DNA from: a virus
Taxonomy: Duplodnaviria; Caudoviricetes
Reading direction: 5' to 3' (one strand)
Length of the DNA: 34,442 nucleotides
Virus record (IMG/VR): IMGVR_UViG_3300020045_009341
Span: 1 to 34,442 of that record
Position 1 is the stretch's first letter. Every line of letters starts with the position of its first letter. Position numbers and translations under genes: made by a program. The notes below the pieces were generated by a model. It was given only the letters and a program-made list of their open reading frames with translations, had not been told where the DNA came from and searched no databases. This document shows, piece after piece, positions 1 through 7,995 of this stretch.

Positions 1-9
1 ACCGGTTAA

Positions 10-246
10 CGAACTATCGAGAGCGGTGACACTATCCTCTGCTTTATGCCAATGGCTGAAGCCGAGAGACTTAGTAGGGAACCGGAGGAACTTTCAAACG
101 CTAGAGTTAAAGTCTTACCCATAGAAAAGTGCGAGGACAAGAGAGAAGACTCTCCCTTTTACAAGCCAGACCTAACCTCAAGTGAGAAGGACGGCGAAAT
201 GGTCTCAACTGGCATAACGCCAGACATTCCAACTAAAACAGAATAA
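10..246 (+). CDS. Probable 3' part of a phage head-module protein preceding the cement/capsid genes
   Basis: The frame is open from base 10 (RTIESGDTILCFMPMAEAERL...). The GDxILCxMP-like motif resembles small proteins seen upstream of phage capsid genes. An in-frame TAA at 7-9 leaves the true start unresolved; the ORF track starts at ATG 46. Confidence 0.45.
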   Translation, partial: RTIESGDTILCFMPMAEAERLSREPEELSNARVKVLPIEKCEDKREDSPFYKPDLTSSEKDGEMVSTGITPDIPTKTE

Positions 247-256
247 GGAGTAATTT

Positions 257-883
257 ATGGCAAACGACCAAGGTAGAAATTATGGGGCATCACCCATAAC
301 TCAACCTGATTGTCCGCCCAAACTACTTTATTATCGAGTTGAAACCGCTTCCACCATCCAATACTTCCGTGGACAGTTCGCTGTCTTAAATTCAAACGGT
401 AGAGTTGAAACTGTTGTCGCTGGTAATTCTAACGGCACTCTTTCTTGTGGTGTAATTTGGGACTTTCTCGATTTAAATCTAGCTGGGCTTCCAACAGGTA
501 TGGCGAGTTTAACACAAGGCGGGTTTCTTCCTGCTAGTACAGACGCTTTTGCTGGTGTTATTTATGACCCAGATCAGCTCTATGTTATGGAAGAAGGAAC
601 TGCTGGAACAGCTCTTGCATTAAACTCATTAGGTACTGGTGTTTCGTTTAGTTACATTGCAACAACTGGTAATACTACTACTGGATTTGCAAACTCCATT
701 ATTAGTACATCAGCTGCTGGTGTTACGACCCAGAATCTATTGCAGTTAATGAACATTTATAACATCACGAACAATGATGGAACCACGAATGCACCTGGCG
801 CATCGTGTAAATGGGTAGTTAGAATTATGAGGCATCAGTTTAGAAATGCAGTTAATTCTACGCCTCAAGCATTAACAGCGTAA
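257..883 (+). CDS. Capsid cement/decoration protein (putative)
   Basis: 208 aa, G/T/A/N-rich, AGGAG RBS, immediately upstream of the major capsid gene. Contains a 'VIYDPDQLYVME' motif like the D-P-xx-xF/Y-xE motif of phage cement proteins. Confidence 0.6.
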   Translation: MANDQGRNYGASPITQPDCPPKLLYYRVETASTIQYFRGQFAVLNSNGRVETVVAGNSNGTLSCGVIWDFLDLNLAGLPTGMASLTQGGFLPASTDAFAGVIYDPDQLYVMEEGTAGTALALNSLGTGVSFSYIATTGNTTTGFANSIISTSAAGVTTQNLLQLMNIYNITNNDGTTNAPGASCKWVVRIMRHQFRNAVNSTPQALTA

Positions 884-895
884 AGGAGAACTCAC

Positions 896-1825
896 ATGAA
901 TCGCTCAGATTTTAATAAGAGTGTGGTTCCTGGCTTGTTCGACTTTATGTCGTCTAGCTACAAACCCCGCTCAGAGGAAAAAGTTAGCTACCAACTTTTA
1001 ACTGGTGGCGCACCAAGAGAATCAAGACGTGCTTATGAACAGTCAGCTTATTGGGGTGCACTCGGTCTTATCCCTGCAAAGCCTGAAGGTCAAGCAATCG
1101 CCTATGATAATCCGGTGCAAGGTCCCACGAAGACATGGACTCATAAGACTTATGGTCTTGGTGTCCGTATCACCGAGGAACTTATCGAAGACTGTCTCTA
1201 TCCTGAAATTCCTTCAGAGATGAAGCAGCTTTCTGAGGAACTTGGTAAGTCCGCCCGTGAAACGATTGAAATACTAATTTGGGATTTAGTCAATAATGGT
1301 ACTGGAACGACAACTCATACTGATGGATTAGGAAATGCCATTTTCTCTACAGGCAAGCAACTCTTGCGTGGTGGAACATGGTCTAACCTTCTATCACCTG
1401 CGTCTGATTTGTCAGCCACAGCGTTACAAACTTCTCTAGATACTTTTGAGAATACTCGTGATGACTCTGGTAAGATTCAGATTATTAAAGCGTCCAAGAT
1501 TTTCGTGAATCCTGCGAACGCATGGAAAGCGAAAGAACTCTTGAACTCTGCATATGACCCTGAATCTGGCAACAATAGCGTAAACGCTATCAAAGAAAGA
1601 AATCTAACACTTATCAGTTCAGCGTACTTTACTGATACAGACGGTTTCCTTCTTTGGGCAGAACCGCCTCACTCTAATGCAGGATTCATTGCGTTTATGA
1701 GACGGCCTGTTAGTTTTGCGCAGGATGGGGATTTTAATACTGGAGACGCTTTATTCAAATCTACTTTCCGTTTTTCAACGGAAGTAAATAAACCGAATAA
1801 TGTCTTCTACAGCGCTGGAGCTTAA
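896..1825 (+). CDS. Major capsid protein (HK97 fold, Mu gpT-like)
   Basis: 309 aa with AAGGAG RBS. Motifs KPEGQAIAYD, HKTYGLGVRITEELIED, DGLGNAIFS, DGDFNTGDALFKSTFRFS and C-terminal FYSAGA are typical of Mu-like major head proteins. Confidence 0.88.
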   Translation: MNRSDFNKSVVPGLFDFMSSSYKPRSEEKVSYQLLTGGAPRESRRAYEQSAYWGALGLIPAKPEGQAIAYDNPVQGPTKTWTHKTYGLGVRITEELIEDCLYPEIPSEMKQLSEELGKSARETIEILIWDLVNNGTGTTTHTDGLGNAIFSTGKQLLRGGTWSNLLSPASDLSATALQTSLDTFENTRDDSGKIQIIKASKIFVNPANAWKAKELLNSAYDPESGNNSVNAIKERNLTLISSAYFTDTDGFLLWAEPPHSNAGFIAFMRRPVSFAQDGDFNTGDALFKSTFRFSTEVNKPNNVFYSAGA

Positions 1826-1858
1826 TTAAAACTGGTAGAACAAGTTAGCTAGAACTAT

Positions 1859-1890
1859 ACGGACGGTGGGGAGAAATCCTCACCGCCCGT
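1859..1890 (+). other. GC-rich stem-loop after the capsid gene (RNA stability or attenuator element; not a classical intrinsic terminator)
   Basis: ACGGACGGTGGGGA-GAAA-TCCTCACCGCCCGT forms a 14-position stem with one mismatch and one G.U, closed by a GNRA loop. No U-tract follows. Confidence 0.6.
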
Positions 1891-1911
1891 TACCAAAAAA
1901 GGAGTAATAAA

Positions 1912-2625
1912 ATGGGTGGACCTTCAAGATGGCCTTATGGGTCAGCATTAGGATTCGTAAATCAATTTAAATTTACCAATGGACCAGTTGGTTCTGGGAC
2001 AGCTGGACTTTTTGTTTCAGGTGATACTACACCAGATGTAAGTATTGGGGACTTATTTATTGCCAATAACACATCAGCTACTGTTATCAGTTATTTTGAC
2101 ATCAATGATTACACCAATAGGGAAGCTGACTATTCTGGTAAGAAAATTACCGTTATGGTTGTTGACAATGGTTCCACAAGCTTCGCTAATGCAGGTCAGA
2201 TGTATCTTACAGATACTGGAAGCGCAACTATTGGAACACAACCTGCGTTTTGGACATTTGTTCAATTAAACTCTGCCTGGTATCAACTGGAAGCTACTCA
2301 GATAAACAGACAATTAAACCGAAGCATTACTCTTGGTTCTGCGTCTTCAATTAATGTTGATGGCACTAAGTTTTTAACTGTTACAGGAACTGCAGCCACT
2401 AGTTATATCATATCTTTTTCAGGTGGTCAGGTAGGCCAGACCGTTATAGTAAACGCAGTTGGAACTGGCGGTGTTAACCACTATGTCACTGACAACGGCA
2501 ACATTGCTATGGCTGGAACTGGAGATTATGCTTTAAATGTCTCTGGAACTTACCAATTTACTAAGATTGCAGCTAATAGATGGTCCATGTTGCATATTGG
2601 AACTCTTGGTATTGCGGACGTTTAA
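1912..2625 (+). CDS. Putative virion structural protein (two beta-rich domains)
   Basis: 237 aa, T/G/S/N-rich, AGGAG RBS. 'GDTTPDVS' and 'ISFSGGQVGQTVIV' segments; lies in the structural module. Confidence 0.6.
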   Translation: MGGPSRWPYGSALGFVNQFKFTNGPVGSGTAGLFVSGDTTPDVSIGDLFIANNTSATVISYFDINDYTNREADYSGKKITVMVVDNGSTSFANAGQMYLTDTGSATIGTQPAFWTFVQLNSAWYQLEATQINRQLNRSITLGSASSINVDGTKFLTVTGTAATSYIISFSGGQVGQTVIVNAVGTGGVNHYVTDNGNIAMAGTGDYALNVSGTYQFTKIAANRWSMLHIGTLGIADV

Positions 2626-2631
2626 TAGATT

Positions 2632-3222
2632 ATGTCTGAACGCATCACTCGCAAGGGTGACAGATTCAGATGGTGGAATTCGGAGAGGTCTGGTTTTCAG
2701 TTTGGTTTCTCGCCATTAACCAGCCCTCCGAATTCCTATTACCGTGAGGATGGTAGACCTGTACGTGACAATGGGGTGCAGGTCTCTCCTGACGAGTATG
2801 ACCAACCGCCTCCTTCTAATAAGCCATTAGGAGGACCTGAAATCGGTACTGGAGCACGTAACAACTCAGACCCGTCTGTAGATGCCAATGTTTACATCGT
2901 TCCAAATCTGCTTCCAGTTCAGTACATTCCTGCGTCTGGGACAGTAAGTTGGAATTATGACAACACACCAATTTATGTGACAGGCTCCTTGCAGTCTGTG
3001 ACTTTAGGAAATAACCCTTTGACTATTGGACCAAACGGAACCTATATCTCAATTCAAGGTGTTGGTTCATCTGTAACCATTAACAGCGGAAACGGCATCA
3101 CATTCGATTTTATTAACGCACCAAGTATCAGACTAGATTCAGGAAGTATCGCAACTTTAATTTCAAATGCCACGGACTCTACCTGGCATGTAACGTCATT
3201 TACTCAGGAGGGTATCTTGTAA
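2632..3222 (+). CDS. Putative virion protein
   Basis: 196 aa. The N-terminal SERSGF...VSPDEYD resembles the SDRSGF-type phage proteins; the C-terminus is beta-rich. Confidence 0.55.
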   Translation: MSERITRKGDRFRWWNSERSGFQFGFSPLTSPPNSYYREDGRPVRDNGVQVSPDEYDQPPPSNKPLGGPEIGTGARNNSDPSVDANVYIVPNLLPVQYIPASGTVSWNYDNTPIYVTGSLQSVTLGNNPLTIGPNGTYISIQGVGSSVTINSGNGITFDFINAPSIRLDSGSIATLISNATDSTWHVTSFTQEGIL

Positions 3223-3560
3223 TGGCAAATAGAATAAATGGAAATGTAATCGTAATCGACTCTGCAATGGGAAATAGATTGGCTTTAACATCTGCCAATC
3301 TGTCTATACAAATGTCGAAGGTAATGGTCAATGCAATCGCAGTTTATCAAACAGACACAACTGGTTCTGTCGCTATCACAGGAGCCAACACTTTAAATGG
3401 AATTTTATTCCGCTCAGATTGGCTTGGGTTAACCGCTGATTCCATGGGCAAAGTATTTGTTAATAATCCATCTTGGTTTTCATTTGGTCAGGCACAACCA
3501 TTTGAAGATATTAAATGTCCAGTAGTGACAGCAGGAACAGTTTTCTTATATTTTGTATGA
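3222..3560 (+). CDS. Putative virion structural protein
   Basis: 112 aa, TAATG coupling to the previous gene, beta-sandwich-like composition ending GTVFLYFV. Confidence 0.6.
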   Translation: MANRINGNVIVIDSAMGNRLALTSANLSIQMSKVMVNAIAVYQTDTTGSVAITGANTLNGILFRSDWLGLTADSMGKVFVNNPSWFSFGQAQPFEDIKCPVVTAGTVFLYFV

Positions 3561-3853
3561 CGATATATCAGTTTAGGAGAACAGTAACGACAGCTGCGGG
3601 TGCTACAACTTCTACCTCGTTAAGAGTTTTAGGTGGAATTTGTAGACAGGTATTGATTGTCGCTAACACAAACACTACTGTTTTCTCTAGCTTCATAACT
3701 GATGAGTCTGGTCTTGAAGTTTCTCGCTACGGTTTACAAACAGCAGAGCTTAATGATATCACGGCATTTCCTATGGCTGGAACATACACAGTTAATATCA
3801 CTAATGCCAGCCCTGATGATACATTCACAATTTACTTTGCGGTGGAAGAATGA
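3557..3853 (+). CDS. Putative virion structural protein
   Basis: The ATGA overlap at 3557 is a likelier start than 3515, giving a 98 aa Thr-rich beta protein. Confidence 0.6.
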   Translation: MTIYQFRRTVTTAAGATTSTSLRVLGGICRQVLIVANTNTTVFSSFITDESGLEVSRYGLQTAELNDITAFPMAGTYTVNITNASPDDTFTIYFAVEE

Positions 3854-4332
3854 TTTTTAATAAATTATTCCAGAAATGGAAAAATGAATGGTGGATTAAA
3901 GAGTGTGCAAAAGTCGCAAGTGAATATGAAGATAGAAAAAAAGATTTAGAAGAAATATTGGATGAAGAATTACTACGAACAAAAGAAATGTTAGACCTTG
4001 AAATAGAAGTTATGCGTGTAGGACTTGAATCTAAGAAGAGAAAGTTAACTGTAGAACAGGAAGAAGTAGATTATCGACTTAAGAATTTAGAAGAAAGAAA
4101 AGCTGAGCTTGCTAGTGCTGATAATTATTTGAAAGGTCAGATTAAATTACTGGAAGCAAAGGCTTCTCCTTCCGCTGTGTGGGCTGAAGCTTTCGGGCAA
4201 GGGATGTCAAAGTCATGGGACTTAATGTTACCTTTTATGTTGGAAAACATTGATAAATTAAAAATGAAATTAAAAGAAGATGCCGCTATGGAAGCTATAC
4301 AAAGGTTAAAAAATGCTCCAAACAAGAAGTAG
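3850..4332 (+). CDS. Coiled-coil hypothetical protein
   Basis: 160 aa, E/K/L-rich and helical; ATGA overlap with the previous gene. Confidence 0.6.
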   Translation: MIFNKLFQKWKNEWWIKECAKVASEYEDRKKDLEEILDEELLRTKEMLDLEIEVMRVGLESKKRKLTVEQEEVDYRLKNLEERKAELASADNYLKGQIKLLEAKASPSAVWAEAFGQGMSKSWDLMLPFMLENIDKLKMKLKEDAAMEAIQRLKNAPNKK

Positions 4333-5266
4333 TATAACGTTAGTCGCTGTTACTAATACAGTCAACGCTTCAGGCGTAATTATAACTAATTCTGGTGGTC
4401 TTTATGCCATGCAATCAGGGGCATGGAATGTTGGCATAACTAATACTCTTCCTGGCTGGCAGGTTAAACTAGATTCCACAAGCATAGTTAATTCCGCAGG
4501 ATGGGTTGTTGGAGTAAGTAATACTGCAGGATGGTCTGTCGCAGTCGCAAACACTCTCCCAGGATGGCAGATAAAACTTGATTCAACGAGTATTGTTAAC
4601 TCTGCTGGCTGGGTAGTTGCCATAAGCAATACTGCTGGATTATCTGTTAGCGTTGGTTCCGTTTCAATTGTAAACTCGGCAGGCTGGGTAGTAAATGTAG
4701 CTAACACTGGAGGAGCAATAAATATATTAAACTCTGGAGGTTTATATGCCATGCAGTCTGGAGTTTGGAGTGTTTCTTCCACAATTTTAAATAGCGCTGG
4801 ATGGGTCGTATCGCAGGCAAATACAGCTGGTATGACTGTAAATGTTATAAATTCTGCAGGGTGGTCAGTAGCAGTTGCTAATACATTAGCTGGGTGGCAG
4901 GTAAAAATGGATTCAACTAGTATAGTCAATTCAGCTGGTTGGGTCATAGCCCAGAGTAATACTGCAGGAATGACAGCGTATGCCTTAGATTCAGCAGCCA
5001 CAGGAACAGTAACTACTAATATTGCATCTACCATAGGCACAGTAGTTTTGGCAGGAGCCCAAGTAAAAAGAACAAACTTAGCAATATATAACGCCTCGAC
5101 TCAGCCAATGTATATGAAACTTGGGTCAGGTGCCAAAGCCACAGACTTTACTTTAATGATGGTTGGAAGCGGATACTATGAACTTCCTCGTCCTGTCTAC
5201 AATGGTCAGATAACGGGTGTGTGGGTTACAGCTAATGGTTTTGCAATGGTGAGCGAGAACACGTGA
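4313..5266 (+). CDS. Fibre/spike-like virion protein with N[ST]AGW repeats and a C-terminal beta-sandwich
   Basis: About 16 units of N-[ST]-[AG]-G or NTL[PA]G. The C-terminal domain (RTNLAIYNAST..YMKLG..GYYELPRPVYNGQITGVW) resembles a common phage virion domain. Confidence 0.7.
   Translation: MLQTRSSITLVAVTNTVNASGVIITNSGGLYAMQSGAWNVGITNTLPGWQVKLDSTSIVNSAGWVVGVSNTAGWSVAVANTLPGWQIKLDSTSIVNSAGWVVAISNTAGLSVSVGSVSIVNSAGWVVNVANTGGAINILNSGGLYAMQSGVWSVSSTILNSAGWVVSQANTAGMTVNVINSAGWSVAVANTLAGWQVKMDSTSIVNSAGWVIAQSNTAGMTAYALDSAATGTVTTNIASTIGTVVLAGAQVKRTNLAIYNASTQPMYMKLGSGAKATDFTLMMVGSGYYELPRPVYNGQITGVWVTANGFAMVSENT
4388..4972 (+). repeat. Intragenic ~10-16 aa protein repeat array
   Basis: DSTSIVNSAGWV occurs three times, NSGGLYAMQSG twice and NTL[PA]GWQ three times. 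The DNA copies are diverged at synonymous sites. Confidence 0.85.
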
Positions 5267-5267
5267 T

Positions 5268-6200
5268 ATGAGCCCATATTATCCTCCATCAGGAAGTGGT
5301 TCTGCTTCAAGCTCTGGACTAGCTGGTGTAGTTAATCATTACTTAACTACTTCTGATGACACTACGATATTAACTAATTCTTTAGTTATCCAGCCAGGTT
5401 CAAGCGCAACAGCGCATGTTACTGGGTCCAACTACTACATTAATGCTATTACAGGTGGAGGAGCAGCAACTACTTTACAGCCAACAGTTCCAGGTAATAT
5501 TCCGATGTCTTCTGTAAGATTTGTAAATATTAGTACTACTGGATTAATTAGTAACAATTATGATTTATACACTGTGCCAGTTGGTAAAAGAGCACTAGTA
5601 ATGGGATGTAGCGTTGGTAATAATTCTGTATCTAGTACGGCAAATATGTCTAGTTATGTTCAAGTTAAAACAAATAATCTTTATTATAGAATTAATCCAC
5701 CCAATACATCTGCTTCAGGCTCGACGATTGCTTTTGACTCAATTAATTTTATTTCAGATGCAGGAGAAATAATTGGAGTTAATATTTCTTTAATTACAAG
5801 TCAAGCAACTGTGAATATGAGAATCATTGAATTTGATACTTCTATAAATCTTAGAACAGCTAAGAATTATTTATTAACTTCAGGAAACAATACTATATTT
5901 ATTTCAACATTTTCTTCCACAGCAGTAAGTTTTAATAGTTCTACCCAGTTTGGTGGTGCAGCTCCTATATTTGAATATATGAATGGTACAAGCGGGAGCG
6001 ATGTAACAAGATGGTTTTTAGTAGATAGTAATGCTGCTGTTACAGAAAAATATATGATTATAGCTAGTAACAGTGTTGCCTCTTTGGCTAAATCAAATAG
6101 AAATGCTCAAATTTCTATTACAAGTGGTCAGTCTCTTGTAATGTATTCTTCTACTTCTGCTCATTCACAAGTTGCCTGGTTTACTTATCAGGAGTTATAA
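5268..6200 (+). CDS. Ser/Thr-rich putative tail/receptor-binding protein
   Basis: 310 aa, roughly a quarter S+T, beta-rich, AT-rich coding; follows the fibre gene. Confidence 0.55.
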   Translation: MSPYYPPSGSGSASSSGLAGVVNHYLTTSDDTTILTNSLVIQPGSSATAHVTGSNYYINAITGGGAATTLQPTVPGNIPMSSVRFVNISTTGLISNNYDLYTVPVGKRALVMGCSVGNNSVSSTANMSSYVQVKTNNLYYRINPPNTSASGSTIAFDSINFISDAGEIIGVNISLITSQATVNMRIIEFDTSINLRTAKNYLLTSGNNTIFISTFSSTAVSFNSSTQFGGAAPIFEYMNGTSGSDVTRWFLVDSNAAVTEKYMIIASNSVASLAKSNRNAQISITSGQSLVMYSSTSAHSQVAWFTYQEL

Positions 6201-6440
6201 ATGTCATTTACAATTGGAAGATTAAGTAAAGTTGATTTAGGAAACTCTAAAATAAACTTCTATGAAGTTGCTATAGATACAATAGGTGGCTTGCTTAAAG
6301 ATATGAAAAATCTTACTAACAAAGAAGCCGTAATCATGTTTGACATTGTCCGTCGTCTAATGCATAAAAATGAGAATCAAATTGAATTAGACAATGATGA
6401 CATGGAATTTGTTAAAAAGTACATAGGCGACATAAAGTGA
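6201..6440 (+). CDS. Hypothetical protein (possible fibre assembly chaperone)
   Basis: 79 aa, directly abutting the upstream gene. The C-terminal IELDNDDMEFVKKYI is reminiscent of small proteins that follow phage fibres. Confidence 0.5.
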   Translation: MSFTIGRLSKVDLGNSKINFYEVAIDTIGGLLKDMKNLTNKEAVIMFDIVRRLMHKNENQIELDNDDMEFVKKYIGDIK

Positions 6441-6661
6441 ATGAGTGGAATGGAAAAGAAAGGCGGGCTATGAGCACTGAAGACCATGATGTGATGATAG
6501 AGATTCGGAACGATGTTAAACATCTTGTTAGCAACGTTGTGGGTCATGTAGAAGACGACAAAGCAGCTTTCAAGAAGATTAACGACTCTATTGCATGGCT
6601 TCAGAAGATTACGTACATAGGTATGGGCGGCATACTATTGATAAGATTTTTAATCAAATAG
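6437..6661 (+). CDS. Holin-like / XhlA-like single-TM protein
   Basis: WNGKERR N-terminus, coiled coil, C-terminal TM helix (ITYIGMGGILLIRFLIK); GTGA overlap. Confidence 0.55.
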   Translation: MNEWNGKERRAMSTEDHDVMIEIRNDVKHLVSNVVGHVEDDKAAFKKINDSIAWLQKITYIGMGGILLIRFLIK

Positions 6662-6670
6662 GAGGTTAAC

Positions 6671-6805
6671 ATGAGTGGTAATTTACTTTGGACTGGCTTA
6701 ACACTAATTCAATGTTCTTTCATATTGACTAATGTGCCTCAAGTGCAAACAGTTGGTGCAGTGATAATGGTTCTCGGTTGTGTTTTGATGTGGTTCGGAA
6801 AATAG
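6671..6805 (+). CDS. 44-aa two-TM membrane micropeptide (not in ORF track)
   Basis: GGAGGT RBS, then MSGNLLWTGLTLIQCSFILTNVPQVQTVGAVIMVLGCVLMWFGK*. Confidence 0.7.
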   Translation: MSGNLLWTGLTLIQCSFILTNVPQVQTVGAVIMVLGCVLMWFGK

Positions 6806-6813
6806 GAGGGCGT

Positions 6814-6903
6814 ATGAAGCTGAATAACAAAGGTATATTCATGCCTGCCATAGCAGCTGGAATTATGATTGTTGGTTGGTTTATTTTAGTCCAGGCACAA
6901 TAG
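6814..6903 (+). CDS. 29-aa prepilin-like (class III signal) micropeptide 1 (not in ORF track)
   Basis: AGGAGG RBS, then MKLNNKG/IFMPAIAAGIMIVGWFILVQAQ*. Confidence 0.7.
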   Translation: MKLNNKGIFMPAIAAGIMIVGWFILVQAQ

Positions 6904-6911
6904 GAGGTCAC

Positions 6912-7007
6912 ATGAATAACAAAGGGTTCGCACCTATAGCAGGGCTTATAGGTTTTGCAATCGTAGCAGGGTTCATCATCTGTCAGTTAAAAGGAGGTAC
7001 TCCATGA
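6912..7007 (+). CDS. 31-aa prepilin-like (class III signal) micropeptide 2 (not in ORF track)
   Basis: AGGAGGT RBS, then MNNKG/FAPIAGLIGFAIVAGFIICQLKGGTP*; ATGA overlap with the next gene. Confidence 0.7.
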   Translation: MNNKGFAPIAGLIGFAIVAGFIICQLKGGTP

Positions 7008-7192
7008 TTGGAAACATCATAAACTATGTTCAAGGAAATTGGGAATCAATTATCCAGATTTATCTTGCAGTTGTTGGTTTGGCTTCGGTTATCGTGAAGC
7101 TCACGCCGACATTATCCGATGACGATATTTTAAAAGGTGTTTTGAAATTCTTGGGTAAATATGTTGCCCTGAATCGCACGTCAAAAGGCTAG
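7004..7192 (+). CDS. Holin-like membrane protein
   Basis: 62 aa, AGGAGGT RBS. One TM helix followed by a KLTPT..DD..L motif typical of small phage holin-like proteins. Confidence 0.65.
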   Translation: MIGNIINYVQGNWESIIQIYLAVVGLASVIVKLTPTLSDDDILKGVLKFLGKYVALNRTSKG

Positions 7193-7269
7193 TCCAAGAT
7201 TTAGAGAAGCTAGACAGAATTCTTGGAGCTTTAAAGTTTATATCTGGCATTAAGATTGAGACAGGAAAC

Positions 7270-7461
7270 TTGACCACTCCTAGCGGAGAGCCGTACCGAG
7301 GATTCAAAATTTCGCTAGGAGGGATGTTAGACCCAGCAACGGTGGAAAGAACGTATCAGGATATAGAAAATATTATGCATAAGAACAAAGTAGAATATAA
7401 GACTCATGAGGAACATAAACCAGATGGCACATTTAAGAGTTACACAATTGAATCAAATTAA
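7270..7461 (+). CDS. Hypothetical protein, possibly truncated by the HNH insertion
   Basis: The frame is open 7159-7461 and the start is unclear. The same frame resumes after the HNH cassette (7959-7992). Confidence 0.4.
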   Translation: MTTPSGEPYRGFKISLGGMLDPATVERTYQDIENIMHKNKVEYKTHEEHKPDGTFKSYTIESN

Positions 7462-7935
7462 ACGCCAATTAATTCTTCTGTGTATGAAGGAGATTGAAAT
7501 TTGACTAACTCCATAAGCTTCTCCAATAACACTTTGAGGGATACCATTAGAGCAGAGTTCTCTTATCTCAAGAACTTCATTTTTAGTAAGTTTCGCATGG
7601 CTATGATTTTCACCATATTGCTGTCTGCCACGTCTAACCATATCATTGGAGTTGTCTTGAAGAGAACCAAGATAAAGATGCTTAGGATTAACACACGAAG
7701 GATTATCGCATTTATGAAGCACGCACATTTTTTTTGGTATATTTCCAAAGTGAAGTTGCCAAGAAAGCCTATGAGCTGCCATTTTGCTGGAGCTACTTCT
7801 TCTTCCATGCCCAATTCTTCCGTATCCCCATTTATTAGTGGAAGCAGTCCAAAGCCAACAGGTAGGAGTTTTTTTAGTATGCTTAAAAAACTTAATGTCC
7901 ATAGGGATTACTTTTCTATTACGATGTTTAATCAT
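7453..7935 (-). CDS. HNH homing endonuclease (HNH_3 / Zn-binding-loop type) with C-terminal HTH
   Basis: CWLW...GYG...AHRLSWQLHFG...VLHKCDNPSCVNPKHLYLG...N..DM..RGR and GENHSHAKLT motifs; antisense within the structural operon. Confidence 0.92.
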   Translation of the reverse strand: MIKHRNRKVIPMDIKFFKHTKKTPTCWLWTASTNKWGYGRIGHGRRSSSSKMAAHRLSWQLHFGNIPKKMCVLHKCDNPSCVNPKHLYLGSLQDNSNDMVRRGRQQYGENHSHAKLTKNEVLEIRELCSNGIPQSVIGEAYGVSQISISFIHRRINWRLI

Positions 7936-7942
7936 AAAGATA

Positions 7943-7971
7943 ATAATAACATAAAATCTTCTATGCGTCTA
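7943..7971 (-). promoter_or_regulatory. Sigma70-like promoter for a leaderless HNH transcript
   Basis: On the minus strand, TAGACG-N17-TATTAT with a TGn extension. The ATG lies 7 nt downstream of the -10 and has no SD. Confidence 0.5.
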
Positions 7972-7995
7972 CATATAGTTGAGACAGGATAAAAA

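Noticed and set aside
1859-1900. Rho-independent terminator
   Set aside because: There is no U-tract on the plus strand, and the A-run lies on the wrong side for a minus-strand terminator.
4388-4972. Repeats as a CRISPR array or DGR template/variable repeats
   Set aside because: The repeats are conserved at protein level, not DNA level. There are no spacers, no adenine-specific mismatch pattern and no reverse transcriptase or cas gene.
4402-5040. 212-aa antisense repeat ORF
   Set aside because: It is a shadow of the repetitive fibre gene with no RBS or independent features.
6814-7007. Archaeal host inferred from NNKG class III signals
   Set aside because: Sigma70 -35/-10 promoters and a GroES gene indicate a bacterial host.
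7501-7992. 163-aa plus-strand ORF as an independent gene
   Set aside because: It is the codon-aligned antisense shadow of a clear HNH gene and has no motifs. Only its last ~11 codons may be a real remnant.
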